64,000 nt of DNA from an uncultured Acidobacteriota bacterium (GCA_963843575.1 CAWJKZ010000012.1:1-64000); one strand, 5' to 3'. Positions 50,937-60,088 are shown, counted from the stretch's first letter. The notes: generated by a model from the letters alone, not told the origin. Numbers and translations: made by a program.

Positions 50937-51767
50937 TCAGGACACGCTGAAGAACTCCTCGATATCGACCCGGCGCTCCTCGGCGAACCGGGAGATCCGT
51001 TCGTATTCTTCCGGGCTCACCGCCAGAATCTTCAGGAGCCGCGGTATTCCATCCACTTTCGAGTCGCCGTCATAACCGATCAGCGCCTGTTTTATGACGA
51101 GGTCGGCGAGGTTGACGGCGCCGACGATCGAAGCCCCGCCGGCGCCGGCGTCGTGATGCTTCAGGACCACATCCGCAAGCTCCGCCGGCAGATGCCAGTG
51201 CGTGGCGAGCATCGCACCGACCACCGCATGGTCGACGCCGTAGCACTCCCGTTCCAGGGTGCTGATGTCGGACTCCCCCTTGTCCCCGGAGAACAGGATG
51301 CTGTATCGGGCGGCGTCTTTCTTGAAGAACACGACCTTTCCAAGGTCGTGCAGCAGACCGCAGAGGAAAGCGAATTCGCCGTCTTTCTCGCTGCTCCTCG
51401 GGGTCCAGATCTGCTGGGCGAGCAGTCCGGTGCCGAATGAATGCATCCAGAGCTTGTGGATTTGGGCCGCTTCGGACCTCATCCCTTTGATGAAGGACTC
51501 GAAGATATTCACCCCGATGGCGAGGCTCTTGACGAGGTTCATGCCCAAGAGCGGGATCGCGTGGGAGATCGTCTTCACCTCGCTCCGGAAGCTGTAGAAG
51601 GCCGAATTGGCAAGCTTCAGTATCCTCGCCGACAGAGAGGGATCATGCAGAATCAACTCCTCGAGGTCCCGCGCCGAGGAGTTGTTGTCATCGAGCACCT
51701 GGATGATCTTGCTCAGGACGAGAGGGATGCTGGGCATCTCGAAGTTTTTGTCGAACCGAATGGACAT
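50937..51767 (-). CDS. HDOD domain protein
   Basis: MPSIP, DPSLSARILKLANSAFY, TISHAI..LG, LWMHS, GLLHDLGK, DHAVVG and WHLP. Confidence 0.9.
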   Translation of the reverse strand: MSIRFDKNFEMPSIPLVLSKIIQVLDDNNSSARDLEELILHDPSLSARILKLANSAFYSFRSEVKTISHAIPLLGMNLVKSLAIGVNIFESFIKGMRSEAAQIHKLWMHSFGTGLLAQQIWTPRSSEKDGEFAFLCGLLHDLGKVVFFKKDAARYSILFSGDKGESDISTLERECYGVDHAVVGAMLATHWHLPAELADVVLKHHDAGAGGASIVGAVNLADLVIKQALIGYDGDSKVDGIPRLLKILAVSPEEYERISRFAEERRVDIEEFFSVS

Positions 51768-51986
51768 GCTCTCGCGCGTTGCTTGCATTGGTGATGTCCT
51801 TGATTTAGGAGTTGCGGCAGCTTGCCAAACCGCTGGATGCCGCCGTACCAAGCCTGCCCTCTACTCTTCGTTCAACTTTTTGAAAACCTTTAGGTTTCCG
51901 CTGCGCGAGCCCTAACGCAACAAGTGGGTCAAATCCGGACGAACAGAGGTAATTCACGGAGGATGCGGCGTGGCGAATGTCGCCCT

Positions 51987-52715
51987 TTAGCGTTGGGTTC
52001 TGCGGAACTCATCAATCCGGCGGTCGACCCGTTCGGCGTCGCGGCCCTTACCCTCCCGCCTCAAACCGTCCCGGATGCTCTCGAGTTTCTGCAGGAGTTG
52101 GTCGACGTCCTTCTCGTGGTCTTTCCAGAACCGCTCGAGGCTTCCGCCCGCCTGGCGGGCACCCTGGGCGGCGAGAGCCTGCAGCTCCGAGAAGATGGCC
52201 GTGATCTCCTCGCCGCGCGGCGAGGACCGGAATTCTTCGATGGCCTGGCTGGTCTCGTCTTTCAGACGGCGCCAGTACTCGGTGGTCCACCGGGCCGACT
52301 CGGTGAGATCGGAGCCCGGCGGCGGCGTCCTGCCCAGGACTGTCTCGCCGTTCCGGAAGGGTGCGCCTGGCGCGTCGGGGGTCACGAGCTCGATGCCGTT
52401 GTCGCCGACCAACCCGAACAATGCCGTGCGCTTGAGTAAGAACTCGGTTCCGCGCGTGATTCTAGGGGCATACTCGTCCTTCAGCCGGATTCTCACTCCG
52501 ATCTTGTTCTCGACCAGGGGCTCGATCTGATCCACTTTCCCCACGGTAAAGGTACGCCAGACGACGAGGTCGTCCTTCTTGAGCCCGCCGACCTCGTCGA
52601 AGAGCACGGTGAGGCGGAAGGGTTCGTTCGTATTCACGAGCCAGATGACCGTGACGGCGAGTGCCCCCACGACCGCAGTTACGAGCCAGAATCCCTTGTT
52701 CGCGTGGAATGGCAT
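51987..52715 (-). CDS. MlaD/MCE domain protein with helical C-terminus
   Basis: N-terminal TM; TVLFDEVGGL, VGKVDQI and GLVGDNGIELVTP. Confidence 0.8.
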   Translation of the reverse strand: MPFHANKGFWLVTAVVGALAVTVIWLVNTNEPFRLTVLFDEVGGLKKDDLVVWRTFTVGKVDQIEPLVENKIGVRIRLKDEYAPRITRGTEFLLKRTALFGLVGDNGIELVTPDAPGAPFRNGETVLGRTPPPGSDLTESARWTTEYWRRLKDETSQAIEEFRSSPRGEEITAIFSELQALAAQGARQAGGSLERFWKDHEKDVDQLLQKLESIRDGLRREGKGRDAERVDRRIDEFRRTQR

Positions 52716-52808
52716 GATCGCCTCTCCCCGTCGCTGGTTTGACGGTATGATAACATCGGTTGAGAATCCGCGATCATCGGTTTCATACGCCCGCGCCCGG
52801 AGGGAACG

Positions 52809-53312
52809 ATGGACCTGAGGGACCGTCTCAGAATTGGGGTGATGGGACCGGCCGTGTGCTCCGACGGCATCGCCGCGGTGGCCCGTGAAGTTGGTGGGCT
52901 TATCGCGCGCGCAGGCGGCATCCTGGTGTGCGGCGGTCGCGGAGGGGTCATGGAGGCTGCGGCAGCCGGAGCCAGGGAAGCGGGCGGGATCACGATCGGG
53001 ATCCTGCCGGGCCACGATCCCGACGATGCCAACCCGTACGTGGACATCCCGGTGGCCACCGGCATGGGAGACGCCCGCAACGCGATTAACGCGCTGACCA
53101 GCGAGGCCGTCATCGCCATCCACGGCGGATTCGGGACCCTGTCCGAGATCGCGCTCGCGCTGAAGTGCCTCCGACCGGTCATCGCCCTGGGCTCGTGGTC
53201 GATCACGACGCCCGACGGGGATGCGCCACCCGGGCTAACCCGGGCGCAATCTGCCGAGGAAGCAGTAACCAGGGCGCTGGAGCTCGCCCGGCTCCGCCGC
53301 CGGCGCAGCTGA
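52809..53312 (+). CDS. TIGR00725 family (LOG/SLOG) protein
   Basis: IGVMG, CGGRGGVMEAA, TIGILP, ATGMGDARN and GGFGTLSEIALA. Confidence 0.9.
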   Translation: MDLRDRLRIGVMGPAVCSDGIAAVAREVGGLIARAGGILVCGGRGGVMEAAAAGAREAGGITIGILPGHDPDDANPYVDIPVATGMGDARNAINALTSEAVIAIHGGFGTLSEIALALKCLRPVIALGSWSITTPDGDAPPGLTRAQSAEEAVTRALELARLRRRRS

Positions 53313-53443
53313 GCGCAGCCGGGGTAAGCAGCGAAACTTTTCCCCGGCGGGCGTGTTCACCTCTTGTGGGGAGGGATGCAGCTCCCCAGTGGGCGCCCTG
53401 CGTGCCCACTCGCAACCCAGGGCGGTGTCGATTGGAAAGCATA

Positions 53444-54070
53444 ATGCGCTGGAACCCGCTGGCGGCTTCGGCCGAAGACGCCCGACTGAACCTGGACGAT
53501 CCCGACGCCGCACTGATGCTTCGGTTCCAGCAGGGAGACCTGGAGGCGTTCGAAGCGCTGTTCGCGCGCCACGTGCGTGCCGTAGTGAATTACGCCTACC
53601 GGTTCGTCCGCAACCGCGACGTCGCCGAGGAACTGGCCCAGGAGGTGTTCCTCCGTATCCACGACGCGGGTGCTACCTACAAGCCCACGGCACGCTTCAC
53701 CACGTGGCTCTATCGGATAGCGACCAACCTCTGTCTCAACGAGATACGGAGGCCCCATTTCCGCGCCCGGCACTCGTCGATTGACGAGTCGCTGGACGGG
53801 GGCACCGCGCAGAATTTCGCCGACACGAACCAGCCCTCGCCCGAGCGGAAGATGGAACGGCAGGAGATCGCCTGTGCGCTGCGCGCAGCGCTGGAGCAAC
53901 TGCCCGAGAAGCAACGGATCGCCTTTGTTTTGAATAAGTACCAGGAATTGTCCTATACCGAGGTCGCCGAGGTGATGCAGGTCAGCGAAAAGGCGGTCAA
54001 ATCCCTGATCCACAGGGCAAAAGAGGGGATGGCAGAACGGCTGCAGCCGCTACTGTCACAATTAGCCTGA
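53444..54070 (+). CDS. ECF RNA polymerase sigma-70 factor
   Basis: DAALMLRFQQGDLEAFEAL, AEELAQEVF, FTTWLYRIATN, LPEKQR, LSYTEVAE and VKSLIHRA. Confidence 0.93.
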   Translation: MRWNPLAASAEDARLNLDDPDAALMLRFQQGDLEAFEALFARHVRAVVNYAYRFVRNRDVAEELAQEVFLRIHDAGATYKPTARFTTWLYRIATNLCLNEIRRPHFRARHSSIDESLDGGTAQNFADTNQPSPERKMERQEIACALRAALEQLPEKQRIAFVLNKYQELSYTEVAEVMQVSEKAVKSLIHRAKEGMAERLQPLLSQLA

Positions 54071-54072
54071 AC

Positions 54073-54576
54073 ATGAAATGCGATCTGAGCAGGACCGAGC
54101 TTGAGCAATTCCTGGCCGGCGCGCTGAGCGGCGCGCCATCGCGCCGGGTGCGCGCGCACCTGGCCCATTGTGCTTCCTGTGCAGCGGAGCTGACGCAGCT
54201 GGAGCGCACCGAACTCCTTCCCGCGCTTGACGAAACGGTTCAGCCCGCCGAGGACGTCGGCGCCCGCTTCCACGCCCGGCTCTGGGCACACCGGGCTTCT
54301 GGGCGGGCCGTGCCCCGTTCACAACCGTGGCGGACCATGCTTGCACCCTTGGGCCTGTCCGGCCGTCTGGCTCTGGGCGGAGGCCTTGCGGCGCTGGCCG
54401 TCGGCGCGGTGCTCCTCCAACACCGGCAACCGGTGGCGACGGTCCCCCAAGTCGATACCGCCATCGCGGAGTACCTCCCGCTCTACGAAGACATGGGGGT
54501 AATCCACTATCTGGACCTGCTGGAAAACTTCGACGACATCGAAGGCATGGCGGACTCTGATGCCGGGAGAAAATAG
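54073..54576 (+). CDS. zf-HC2 membrane anti-sigma factor
   Basis: MKC...AHLAHCASC (HxxxCxxC), one TM helix, short acidic C-terminal tail. Confidence 0.85.
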   Translation: MKCDLSRTELEQFLAGALSGAPSRRVRAHLAHCASCAAELTQLERTELLPALDETVQPAEDVGARFHARLWAHRASGRAVPRSQPWRTMLAPLGLSGRLALGGGLAALAVGAVLLQHRQPVATVPQVDTAIAEYLPLYEDMGVIHYLDLLENFDDIEGMADSDAGRK

Positions 54577-54895
54577 ACAAGGGGCGTTCGACGTCGCCCG
54601 ATGCGTCGTTTCAGCCCTGATCCTGGCCCTCTGGGCCGGCTTGGATTGTCCGGCTCAGCAGAGCCGGGGTGCAAAAACGGCCGGGACGAAGACGGGGCTT
54701 TCAGAAGAAGAGAAGCAGATCCTGCGTGATCGCGAATTGCTGGAGAATATGGAACTACTCGGCAACTTCGAACAAGTGCGATATCTCGAGTTCTTCACCC
54801 TGGGCACACCCATCGACACGGCGTCAAAACCGCCGGACGCAGGCACAGGCAACAAAGACAAGGCAGTCAAAAATGGCACCAAGAAAAAGAGCTAG
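54560..54895 (+). CDS. Small exported hypothetical protein
   Basis: Hydrophobic signal segment and LSEEEKQILRDRELLENMELLGNFEQV; overlaps both neighbours as in an operon. Confidence 0.62.
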   Translation: MPGENRQGAFDVARCVVSALILALWAGLDCPAQQSRGAKTAGTKTGLSEEEKQILRDRELLENMELLGNFEQVRYLEFFTLGTPIDTASKPPDAGTGNKDKAVKNGTKKKS

Positions 54896-55403
54896 GCTGC
54901 GAAATCTTTTCCGAACTGGGGCTGTCGCCGCCCTGCTCGCCTGCGTGGCGCCGGCCGTACCCGCGCAGGAGCCAGATCCCACCCGGGCCGACGACTGGAA
55001 CAGGCTGACGCCGGAGCAGCGCCAGCAGCTGCGCGAGCGTTATCAGTCCTTCAAGTCGCTGTCCCCGGAACAGCAGCAGGAACTCAGGGACAGTCTCGAA
55101 CAGTTGCGGCGCATGTCTCCTGAAGAACGAAGGAGAATCCGGGAAAACTACCAGGCGTTCCAGCGGCTCGACCCCGAGCAGAAACGCGTGCTGCAGCAAA
55201 ATTTTCTCCGTTGGCGGCAGATCGGACCGCAACGGCGGGAACAGCTGCGTAGGAACTACCGGCGCTTCCTCCAGATGAACCCGTCACAGCGCGAACGCTT
55301 TCTCCGGAACTACCGGGCATGGCGCCAGTTGTCACCCGAGGAGCGCACCCGTATACGCCGGGCACGCCGCATGGGCTCCGCCCCCAGCCAGGACAAACCT
55401 TAG
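54873..55403 (+). CDS. DUF3106-like exported helical repeat protein
   Basis: Signal peptide; seven 18-aa repeats of the form W/F-x-x-L-S/T-P-E-Q/E-R. Confidence 0.82.
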   Translation: MAPRKRARLRNLFRTGAVAALLACVAPAVPAQEPDPTRADDWNRLTPEQRQQLRERYQSFKSLSPEQQQELRDSLEQLRRMSPEERRRIRENYQAFQRLDPEQKRVLQQNFLRWRQIGPQRREQLRRNYRRFLQMNPSQRERFLRNYRAWRQLSPEERTRIRRARRMGSAPSQDKP

Positions 55404-55510
55404 TATTTTTCAGGACGCGGATTTGCGCGGATCCACACGGATCGACCTGGCGACAGGCCGCGTCCGGCATTCCGCGTGAATCCGTTGAATCCATGAGTTC
55501 CGCCTGCTGC
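55401..55510 (+). repeat. Dispersed GCGGAT-periodic palindromic repeat, copy 5
   Basis: TAGTATTTTTCAGGACGCGGATTTGCGCGGATCCACACGGATCGACCTGGCGAC...TTCCGCGTGAATCCGTTGAATCC; begins at the stop codon. Confidence 0.8.
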
Positions 55511-55565
55511 TCCTTGCTTCTACCTTCCGAGATTTGCTTTAATGCTCACTTGCCCGAGGAGTGCG

Positions 55566-56090
55566 ATGCCGCGTTCGAGGCTCACCAATCCGGTCAGGGA
55601 TCATAAGGCCGCCGCAACCGCCGTCGCGCGCGTAGCGATCGTCACCCTGTCGAGTACGAGATCCCTGGCAAACGACCAGTCGGGAAACATCCTGCAGGAG
55701 CTGCTGGAAGGGGCCGGACACTCGGTGGCGGTGAGGAAACTGATTCCGGACAGCGCCACCGTCCTCCGCGCCACGCTGCGCGGGCTGATCCGCCAAGACG
55801 ATGTGGATGCAGTACTTACCACGGGAGGAACCGGCCTGGCCGCGTCGGACGTGACGGTGGAGACCGTCCGGGCTATGCTCGAGAAAGAGATGCCAGGATT
55901 CACCGCCCTCTTCATGCTGCTGAGTTATCCTCAGGTGAAGAGCGCGGCCATGCTCTCGCGGGCGGTCGCGGGGACGATCGGAGGAAAGCCGGTTTTCTGC
56001 CTACCGGGAAGCCCCAGGGCCTGCAAGCTGGCCGCCGAGTCACTCATCATTCCCGAACTCGGGCACCTCCTCAAGGTCGCGGGGAGCTGA
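55566..56090 (+). CDS. moaB: MogA/MoaB molybdenum cofactor biosynthesis protein
   Basis: IVTLSST, DQSG, LIPD, TTGGTGLAASDVTVE, MPGF, MLSRA and LPGSP. Confidence 0.9.
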   Translation: MPRSRLTNPVRDHKAAATAVARVAIVTLSSTRSLANDQSGNILQELLEGAGHSVAVRKLIPDSATVLRATLRGLIRQDDVDAVLTTGGTGLAASDVTVETVRAMLEKEMPGFTALFMLLSYPQVKSAAMLSRAVAGTIGGKPVFCLPGSPRACKLAAESLIIPELGHLLKVAGS

Positions 56091-56771
56091 ATGCCATCCC
56101 AACCTTGCTGGTCACGCCGCGTTTTTCTGTTCGATCTCGACGGCACCCTGGTCGATTCCAGGGCGGACATCTCGCGTTCGCTCAACTTAGCCCTGGCCGG
56201 GTTGGGCCTTCCACTCCTGACGGTCGACCGCGCGTGCGATTTCGTGGGCGACGGGGTCCAGATGCTGATCCGGCGGACCCTGCACGAAGTGTTGCGACGA
56301 CCGCCCGAACCAACCGAGACGGAAAGGCTGCGTGAGAATTACCTGCGCGAATACGAAACCCACATGCTCGATGACACGCGCCTCTATCCTGGGGTGAAGG
56401 AACTGCTCGACACCCTGTCCTGGGGAACTTTCGGCGTGGTCAGCAACAAACCGGAACGGTTCTCCCGGCGCATCCTCGACGAGTTGGGAGTGGGAAAACG
56501 GTTCGGTGTGATCATGGGAGGGGACAGCGTACCCCAACGCAAACCGGATCCCGCGCCGCTGCTGGAGGCCCTGAGACGCTGCGGCGGCGTGCCCTCCGAG
56601 GGCGCCATGATTGGGGACAGCCCGGTGGACGTGGTGGCCGGGAAAGCCGCCGGGATGGTCACCTGCGCCTTTACCGGAGGTTTTCGTTCCCGGGAGGAGT
56701 TGAGCGCTGCAGGTGCGGACGTCATGGTCGAAACGATGTCGGAGGTTGCACGGTATTTCCGGGCGCCCTAA
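56091..56771 (+). CDS. HAD-IA phosphatase (phosphoglycolate phosphatase-like)
   Basis: FDLDGTLVDS, YPGV, VSNKP, KPDP and MIGDS..D. Confidence 0.9.
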   Translation: MPSQPCWSRRVFLFDLDGTLVDSRADISRSLNLALAGLGLPLLTVDRACDFVGDGVQMLIRRTLHEVLRRPPEPTETERLRENYLREYETHMLDDTRLYPGVKELLDTLSWGTFGVVSNKPERFSRRILDELGVGKRFGVIMGGDSVPQRKPDPAPLLEALRRCGGVPSEGAMIGDSPVDVVAGKAAGMVTCAFTGGFRSREELSAAGADVMVETMSEVARYFRAP

Positions 56772-56779
56772 CCTCCAGG

Positions 56780-57547
56780 TTACTTCGGCGGTCCGAATTC
56801 TATCGTCGCCTTCGAACCGAAGCGTTTGTAGTTCTCGTACGTGATCGTTTCTTCGATCCTGACCGTCTGCCCCGGGAAACGGAGGTTGCTGTCGGCGTGG
56901 GTCCAGACGGGAAACCAGTACTTCTCGTCGACGATCTGCCGGATCGTTTCGAATTCCGGGGACTGGTTTTCGGCCTTCTGCGGGACGGGCTTGCCGACAG
57001 TGCGCACTATCTGCAGGTCCTGATCGTCGACCCAGATCCTGCCCTGGAAATACTGGAAGGTGTTAGCTCCCCGGGTGCTCTTGGGCTTCACCGAAAAGAC
57101 ATAACAGTCGAGCTCGTCCACCCGCTCCTTCGTCTCGTATTTCAGTTCATAGAGCGGGAGGTCTTTGGCGGTGAGGGCGAAGGGCTGCAGGTTGTTCAGG
57201 ACTTCGGCGTCCTCGGAAGTCCAGCCCACGCTGCGGAGTCCTCCACGTCTCTCCGTGACCCGCACCTCGCGCGTCCCATCATCCCGAAACACCACGTCGG
57301 ACACCATGGTCATGCGTTCCGGCCTTCTGGGCTCGTACCCGTTCACGGAAACGATCCGGATGTCGGCAAACTGCCGGTACGTGTACTGCATCCACGCCTC
57401 GTAGAACTCGCTTTCCTTCTCGGCAAAGGCTTTGATGATTTCCTCGGGCGCGAGCTTCTTCGAGGCCGCATCCCGCGGAGCCTGCGCGCCCGAGACACCG
57501 GCCAACAGCAGAACGGACATGATCGAAGCAAGCAGTCGGGCAGCCAC
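56780..57547 (-). CDS. Exported acidobacterial beta-sheet protein (LolA/MucB-like fold suspected)
   Basis: Signal peptide; YTYRQ, CYVFSVKPK, FQGRIWVDDQDLQIV, YWFP and YENYKRFG. Confidence 0.7.
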   Translation of the reverse strand: MAARLLASIMSVLLLAGVSGAQAPRDAASKKLAPEEIIKAFAEKESEFYEAWMQYTYRQFADIRIVSVNGYEPRRPERMTMVSDVVFRDDGTREVRVTERRGGLRSVGWTSEDAEVLNNLQPFALTAKDLPLYELKYETKERVDELDCYVFSVKPKSTRGANTFQYFQGRIWVDDQDLQIVRTVGKPVPQKAENQSPEFETIRQIVDEKYWFPVWTHADSNLRFPGQTVRIEETITYENYKRFGSKATIEFGPPK

Positions 57548-57688
57548 GTATCCCCCTTCGAGAACATTGGTATAGATCAATCAGTGCAACATTGGTTTCA
57601 TAAATAATCCAATTGATTGTACAGCCCGAACTGCGGCGGTTCGACCTGGATCTTTCACGTTCCGGGTATACCGAAAATCAAAAGGCGT

Positions 57689-57785
57689 GCCACAGAAAAC
57701 ACCGAAGGACACGGAAGACTCGCCAGACAAGTGCCACGGCAAGCCAGCGTACAGGATTCCGTGTTCTTCCGCGTCCCTCCGCGGC
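57689..57785. repeat. CACGGAA-unit periodic palindrome upstream of trmJ
   Basis: GCCACAGAAAACACCGAAGGACACGGAA ... TTCCGTGTTCTTCCGCGTCCCTCCGCGGC: about 10-bp units in inverted arms. Confidence 0.55.
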
Positions 57786-57844
57786 GAGGTTCCGATTTTT
57801 CGGATTCTTTGACCGACTGGTGGCGATGCACTAAAGTAAAACGG

Positions 57845-58606
57845 ATGCGCCGCGCCGCCCTGAGCAACATCGTCATCGTACTCGTCCGCACAAAACACCC
57901 GGGTAACATCGGATCGGCCGCCCGGGCGATGAACAACATGGGGATAGGCGAGCTCCGACTGGCAGCTCCCCAGTGCGAGGTGGCGTCGGGCGAGGCACGC
58001 CGCCTCGCCCGCGCCGGAGAAGGGATTCTCGACCGGGCCAAGGTATACGACTCCGTCGCGTCAGCCATTCGGGATCTGCGGCTGGTCGTCGGCACCTCGG
58101 GCAAGACGGGAGGAAACCGTGAGTTGGTCTACAGCCCGCGCGAGCTTGCCCCCCGCGTGGCAGCCCAGGCAGCCGAGGGCAGAACGGGAATTCTCTTCGG
58201 GCCGGAGGACACGGGTCTGACGGACGAGGATATCCTGCCGTGCCAGCTCCTGCTGCGGATTCCGACCGATCCGAAGGCCCGAAGCATAAACCTCGCCCAG
58301 GCGGTGATGATTGTCTGTTACGAGATCTTCCTCGCCCAACTCAGTCGGGAACCGGCGCGGGTGGTCCGGGGAGCGCCGGCTGAGCAGGTCGAGGCGATGT
58401 ACGCGCAGCTGGAGCATGCCCTGCTGGACATCGGGTTTCTGCACCCGCAAAACGCGCGTCACATGATGTTTGCGCTGCGGCGCATGTTGGGCCGCGCGGG
58501 GCTTGAGAAATCGGACGTCGGCGTGTTGCGCGGCATCGCGCGGCAGATCGGCTGGTATTCGGCCCACGGCGCCGGCCGGAGGCCGGAACCGGCCAACCGG
58601 CGCTGA
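57845..58606 (+). CDS. trmJ: TrmJ/LasT SPOUT tRNA methyltransferase
   Basis: IVLVRTKHPGNIGSAARAMNNMG, LFGPEDTGL, SINLAQAVMIVCYE, IGFL and LRGI. Confidence 0.88.
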   Translation: MRRAALSNIVIVLVRTKHPGNIGSAARAMNNMGIGELRLAAPQCEVASGEARRLARAGEGILDRAKVYDSVASAIRDLRLVVGTSGKTGGNRELVYSPRELAPRVAAQAAEGRTGILFGPEDTGLTDEDILPCQLLLRIPTDPKARSINLAQAVMIVCYEIFLAQLSREPARVVRGAPAEQVEAMYAQLEHALLDIGFLHPQNARHMMFALRRMLGRAGLEKSDVGVLRGIARQIGWYSAHGAGRRPEPANRR

Positions 58607-58674
58607 TGTTCACAAATGCGCTAACGTATTTCTCAGGACGCGGATTTGCGCGGATTTGCGCGGATTCCCACGTC
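58603..58674 (+). repeat. Dispersed GCGGAT-periodic repeat, copy 6 (left arm only)
   Basis: CTGATGTTC...CTAACGTATTTCTCAGGACGCGGATTTGCGCGGATTTGCGCGGATT; overlaps the trmJ stop. Confidence 0.75.
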
Positions 58675-58694
58675 AACCCAAGTGCCGTGCGCTT

Positions 58695-59294
58695 ATGCTC
58701 GAATCCCTGGCTGAGTATGTCGCTTCGCTGACCCCGTTCTGGTTTTATGCGTTCCTATTCGCGAGCGCTTACGTGGAGAACGTGTTTCCACCGGTACCGG
58801 GCGACACGGTGACGATCTTCGCGGCATACCTAGCGGGGAGGGCCCACGGCAGCTTCACCGGGGTGCTCGTTTCCACCACGCTCGGCAGCCTCGCCGGCTT
58901 CATGACATACTACGCGCTCGGCCGGCTGATTCCGCGGGACTATTTCGTCCGCAAGAACTTCCGCTTCCTGCCGGCCTCCGGTTTCACGACCGCCTGGTCC
59001 TGGTTCCAGAAGTACGGGTACTGGGTGGTCCTGTTGAACCGGTTTTTTTCCGGCGTGAGGTCGGCGATCTCCATCGTGTGCGGGTTGTACCGTCTGCCGT
59101 GGCCGCGGGTCCTTGCCCTGGCAGCAATCGGCTGCGGGCTGTGGAACGCAGCCCTAATTTACGCGGGCTACGCGGCGGGAAAGAACTGGCAGGTGGTAGA
59201 CAGGATCGTGCGGGAGTACAGCACCCTGATGCTGGTAGTCCTCGTCGCGGGTGCCGCCGCGTGGTTCGTCCGCCGCCGCTTGCGGCGCGGATAG
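58695..59294 (+). CDS. DedA family membrane protein
   Basis: ENVFPPVPGD, GSLAG, YYALGR, WFQKYG and RFFSGVRS. Confidence 0.9.
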   Translation: MLESLAEYVASLTPFWFYAFLFASAYVENVFPPVPGDTVTIFAAYLAGRAHGSFTGVLVSTTLGSLAGFMTYYALGRLIPRDYFVRKNFRFLPASGFTTAWSWFQKYGYWVVLLNRFFSGVRSAISIVCGLYRLPWPRVLALAAIGCGLWNAALIYAGYAAGKNWQVVDRIVREYSTLMLVVLVAGAAAWFVRRRLRRG

Positions 59295-59344
59295 TCGCGG
59301 GTCCATCTCAGAGGCTCGAGCCGGAAAAACCGCGGCCGCGCGGA

Positions 59345-60037
59345 TTACTTCGAGCGCGGCGGGGCGAGCTTGTCGATCGTCAGGCGGAAGCCAGGCTGTC
59401 CCTGCACCGTCTTCCAGGGCACCCCGAAGGAACCAAGGAGCAGCTTCTCGTTGGCCGATTGAACGTTTCCCGCCGAATCCGTGTACTGGAACACGGTCAA
59501 CCGGTAGGTGTTGGCCGTCGCGAGTCCGCCCGTGCGTTCGTAGGAATACGTACCCGCGAACTTCCCGACCTGCTTCCCCGTCTTGTCGATAACGTCGACA
59601 TCCAGCAGGGAGTCGGCAGGAAGAAACTTCAGCAGTGAATTCGTCAGCGGGAGATACGCTTCGGGCTTCTTCAGGAAGAAGACCTTGTCAAAGGGGAGGG
59701 CCCGGGCGGAAAAAGCGCCGGCGAGGATCGCGTTGAAGTCGTCGGCCGACAGGGTGACGGCGGCGCGGATCGGCTGGAGTTGCGCGGCCAGACCTTGCCA
59801 GTCCACTCTATCCGCTGCTTCGTTGACGCACCGGTCGACATCCTGCCAGCGGATCATGCGGGGCTTGCCTCCGGCTTTCACCTTGCAGGGGAGCCCTGCC
59901 GCCGCACTCTCGTAGGCGGCGGCGATTAGCCCATCCAGCTTTTCCTTGAACTCCCGGGGAAGCTCCTGGGACGGGCCTGGCGCAGCGTTGAGCAGCAGGG
60001 CAAACAGGGCGGCAGGAACGAATCGGTATCGGAGCAT
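59345..60037 (-). CDS. Exported hypothetical protein
   Basis: Signal peptide, clean ORF with coding-like composition; no motif recognised. Confidence 0.65.
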   Translation of the reverse strand: MLRYRFVPAALFALLLNAAPGPSQELPREFKEKLDGLIAAAYESAAAGLPCKVKAGGKPRMIRWQDVDRCVNEAADRVDWQGLAAQLQPIRAAVTLSADDFNAILAGAFSARALPFDKVFFLKKPEAYLPLTNSLLKFLPADSLLDVDVIDKTGKQVGKFAGTYSYERTGGLATANTYRLTVFQYTDSAGNVQSANEKLLLGSFGVPWKTVQGQPGFRLTIDKLAPPRSK

Positions 60038-60088
60038 GGTCACCTTCGGTTGTCTGATGGCGTCGTTTACATTGGGGAAGGGCCGCGT

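Noticed and set aside
3975-58674. GCGGAT repeats or REP pairs as a CRISPR array
   Set aside because: Units are ~10 bp, tandem and dispersed, with no unique 30-40-bp spacers and no cas genes in the window.
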